From assembly GCA_016206165.1 (NCBI GenBank), contig JACQSD010000018.1:1-51529 (forward strand): a stretch of DNA of 51,529 nt. The letters are read 5' to 3'. The translations under genes were made by a program, and so were the position numbers. The notes below the pieces were generated by a model, which was given only the letters and a program-made list of their open reading frames with translations, did not search any database and was not told the origin of the DNA. Positions within the stretch are counted from its first letter, which is position 1; each line of letters starts with the position of its first letter. Positions 50,568 to 51,529 of this stretch are shown piece after piece. This DNA comes from Candidatus Uhrbacteria bacterium. GTDB taxonomy: Bacteria > Patescibacteriota > Patescibacteriia > JACQSD01.

Positions 50568-50693
50568 ATGCTAGATGAAAAAATAAAAGACGGGATTCTG
50601 GACATCATCGTCAATGCAAAAAAACTTAGTCAGCGAATCTTCGCCCGCGTCGTTGGGGAGGTGTTAAAGAAAGTATGTAAATATGAGTCATGA
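50568..50693 (+). CDS. 41-aa ORF overlapping the zeta-toxin start (candidate epsilon-like antitoxin)
   Basis: MLDEKIKDGILDIIVNAKKLSQRIFARVVGEVLKKVCKYES, predicted helical. 11-nt overlap with ATG 50683. Too short to appear in the ORF track. Confidence 0.3.
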   Translation: MLDEKIKDGILDIIVNAKKLSQRIFARVVGEVLKKVCKYES

Positions 50694-51411
50694 GGAGCTT
50701 ATAAAAACACAGGCGGAGGAATTCGCAAGGGTCAATAAAAAACGATTGGCAAGAGAATTGACGGACATGTCAAAATACGTTCCGGATGAGATTCCCATTT
50801 CTGTTTTTATGGCAGGTTCTCCCGGCGCAGGGAAAACTGAGTACTCAAAGAATCTTATCGAGATTCTTGAGAAAAATAGGAAACATAAAGTTATTCGTAT
50901 TGACGGCGATGAGGTTCGGAGTCGTTTCTCGGGTTACACGGGAAGCAACTCGTATCTTTTTCAAGTTGCCATAAGTATTGTTGTCGATAAGGTACATGAC
51001 ATGGCACTTGAGCATAAACAAACTTTTTTGCTCGATGGCACATTTTGGAATTACGAGAAAGCAATAAAAAATATCAATCGTTCATTAGATGCGAAGAAGG
51101 GAAGAATGGTTCTTATTTTTTATGTATACCAGAAGCCGGAAGTGGCATGGAAATTTACGAAAGCGAGAGAAGTCGCCGAAGGGCGCAATATTCCTAAAGA
51201 AGTATTTATTCGTCAATTCCTCGGTGCACGAGAAACGATAGATCGTATACGAAAGACTTATGATAAAAGAGTATCCATTTTTTTGGTGAAGAAAGATTTT
51301 GAAACTCACGCCGTCGAAGATATTATTGGGATTGAGCCGGATGGCAAGCAGATTGACGAATACCTTCCGGAACGGTATACTCAAAATGACCTAGAAAACC
51401 TACTTCTATGA
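50683..51411 (+). CDS. zeta-toxin family P-loop kinase
   Basis: VFMAGSPGAGKTEYSKNL (Walker A), IRIDGDEVR, FLLDGTF. Size and architecture match Zeta_toxin/AAA_33. Confidence 0.75.
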   Translation: MSHEELIKTQAEEFARVNKKRLARELTDMSKYVPDEIPISVFMAGSPGAGKTEYSKNLIEILEKNRKHKVIRIDGDEVRSRFSGYTGSNSYLFQVAISIVVDKVHDMALEHKQTFLLDGTFWNYEKAIKNINRSLDAKKGRMVLIFYVYQKPEVAWKFTKAREVAEGRNIPKEVFIRQFLGARETIDRIRKTYDKRVSIFLVKKDFETHAVEDIIGIEPDGKQIDEYLPERYTQNDLENLLL

Positions 51412-51529
51412 TCAAAATGCTAAAAGCGATCTTTCAAGGCCGAGGAGAAAGCGGTGTAGAAAAATACTCCGGTTTTTCTGATTTTTTCTTGCGTGCTTCG
51501 TCCGATGAGAAAAAGGCAGTAATGCAAGA
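51408..51529 (+). CDS. partial ORF (5' end only) overlapping the zeta-toxin stop by ATGA
   Basis: MIKMLKAIFQGRGESGVEKYSGFSDFFLRASSDEKKAVMQ.. runs off the window. Confidence 0.3.
   Translation, partial: MIKMLKAIFQGRGESGVEKYSGFSDFFLRASSDEKKAVMQ

Noticed and set aside
50530-50575. GTCATCCTCGCGCAAGCGGGGATCC hairpin encoding the peptide-like string VILAQAGIH
   Set aside because: It resembles a short palindromic repeat that yields spurious VI(P/L)A(K/Q)AGI(Q/H) ORFs in other bacteria. Only one copy is present here and no function can be inferred. The 16-codon ORF is not credible.

Overview
This 51.5-kb chromosomal segment carries der, an LCP-family gene, lepB, hisS, rpsU, ybeY, dgkA, ftsA, ftsZ, nrdR-nrdJ, cobO, an HtrA-like protease, prfB, a GalE-like epimerase, comEC, ndk, a pilM/N/O-pseudopilin-pilC-pilB type IV pilus block and mraY. 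The proteins are divergent and rich in extensions, which suggests a small-genome Patescibacteria/CPR-type bacterium (inference only). The genetic code is standard: TGA acts as a stop and prfB has the classic CTT TGA C +1 frameshift. Non-routine content: (1) Three structurally non-canonical tRNA-like genes sit behind their own promoter. Next to them is a 38-bp palindrome whose 16-bp core recurs on both sides of a wHTH + Cas2/PaaX-like regulator gene. That regulator lies in a small accessory island (35.5-38.9 kb), which also holds two cassettes ending in the same ~110-nt 3' module and a DUF5678/retropepsin pair. (2) A vitamin B12 theme: NrdR-NrdJ, a corrinoid adenosyltransferase, and a cobalamin riboswitch driving a Tat-lipoprotein, a split transcobalamin-like pair (alpha-toroid + DUF4430) and a CbrT-like membrane protein. 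(3) Several families of intergenic hairpin repeats, one copy inserted in frame inside cobO. (4) Decayed tRNA-Val-like copies in a GC-rich block around an intact tRNA-Val. (5) pth interrupted by an in-frame TAA next to a 7-nt tandem repeat. (6) comEC split into two ORFs. (7) A zeta-toxin module with overlapping small ORFs at the right edge. No CRISPR array, integrase or transposase was seen.
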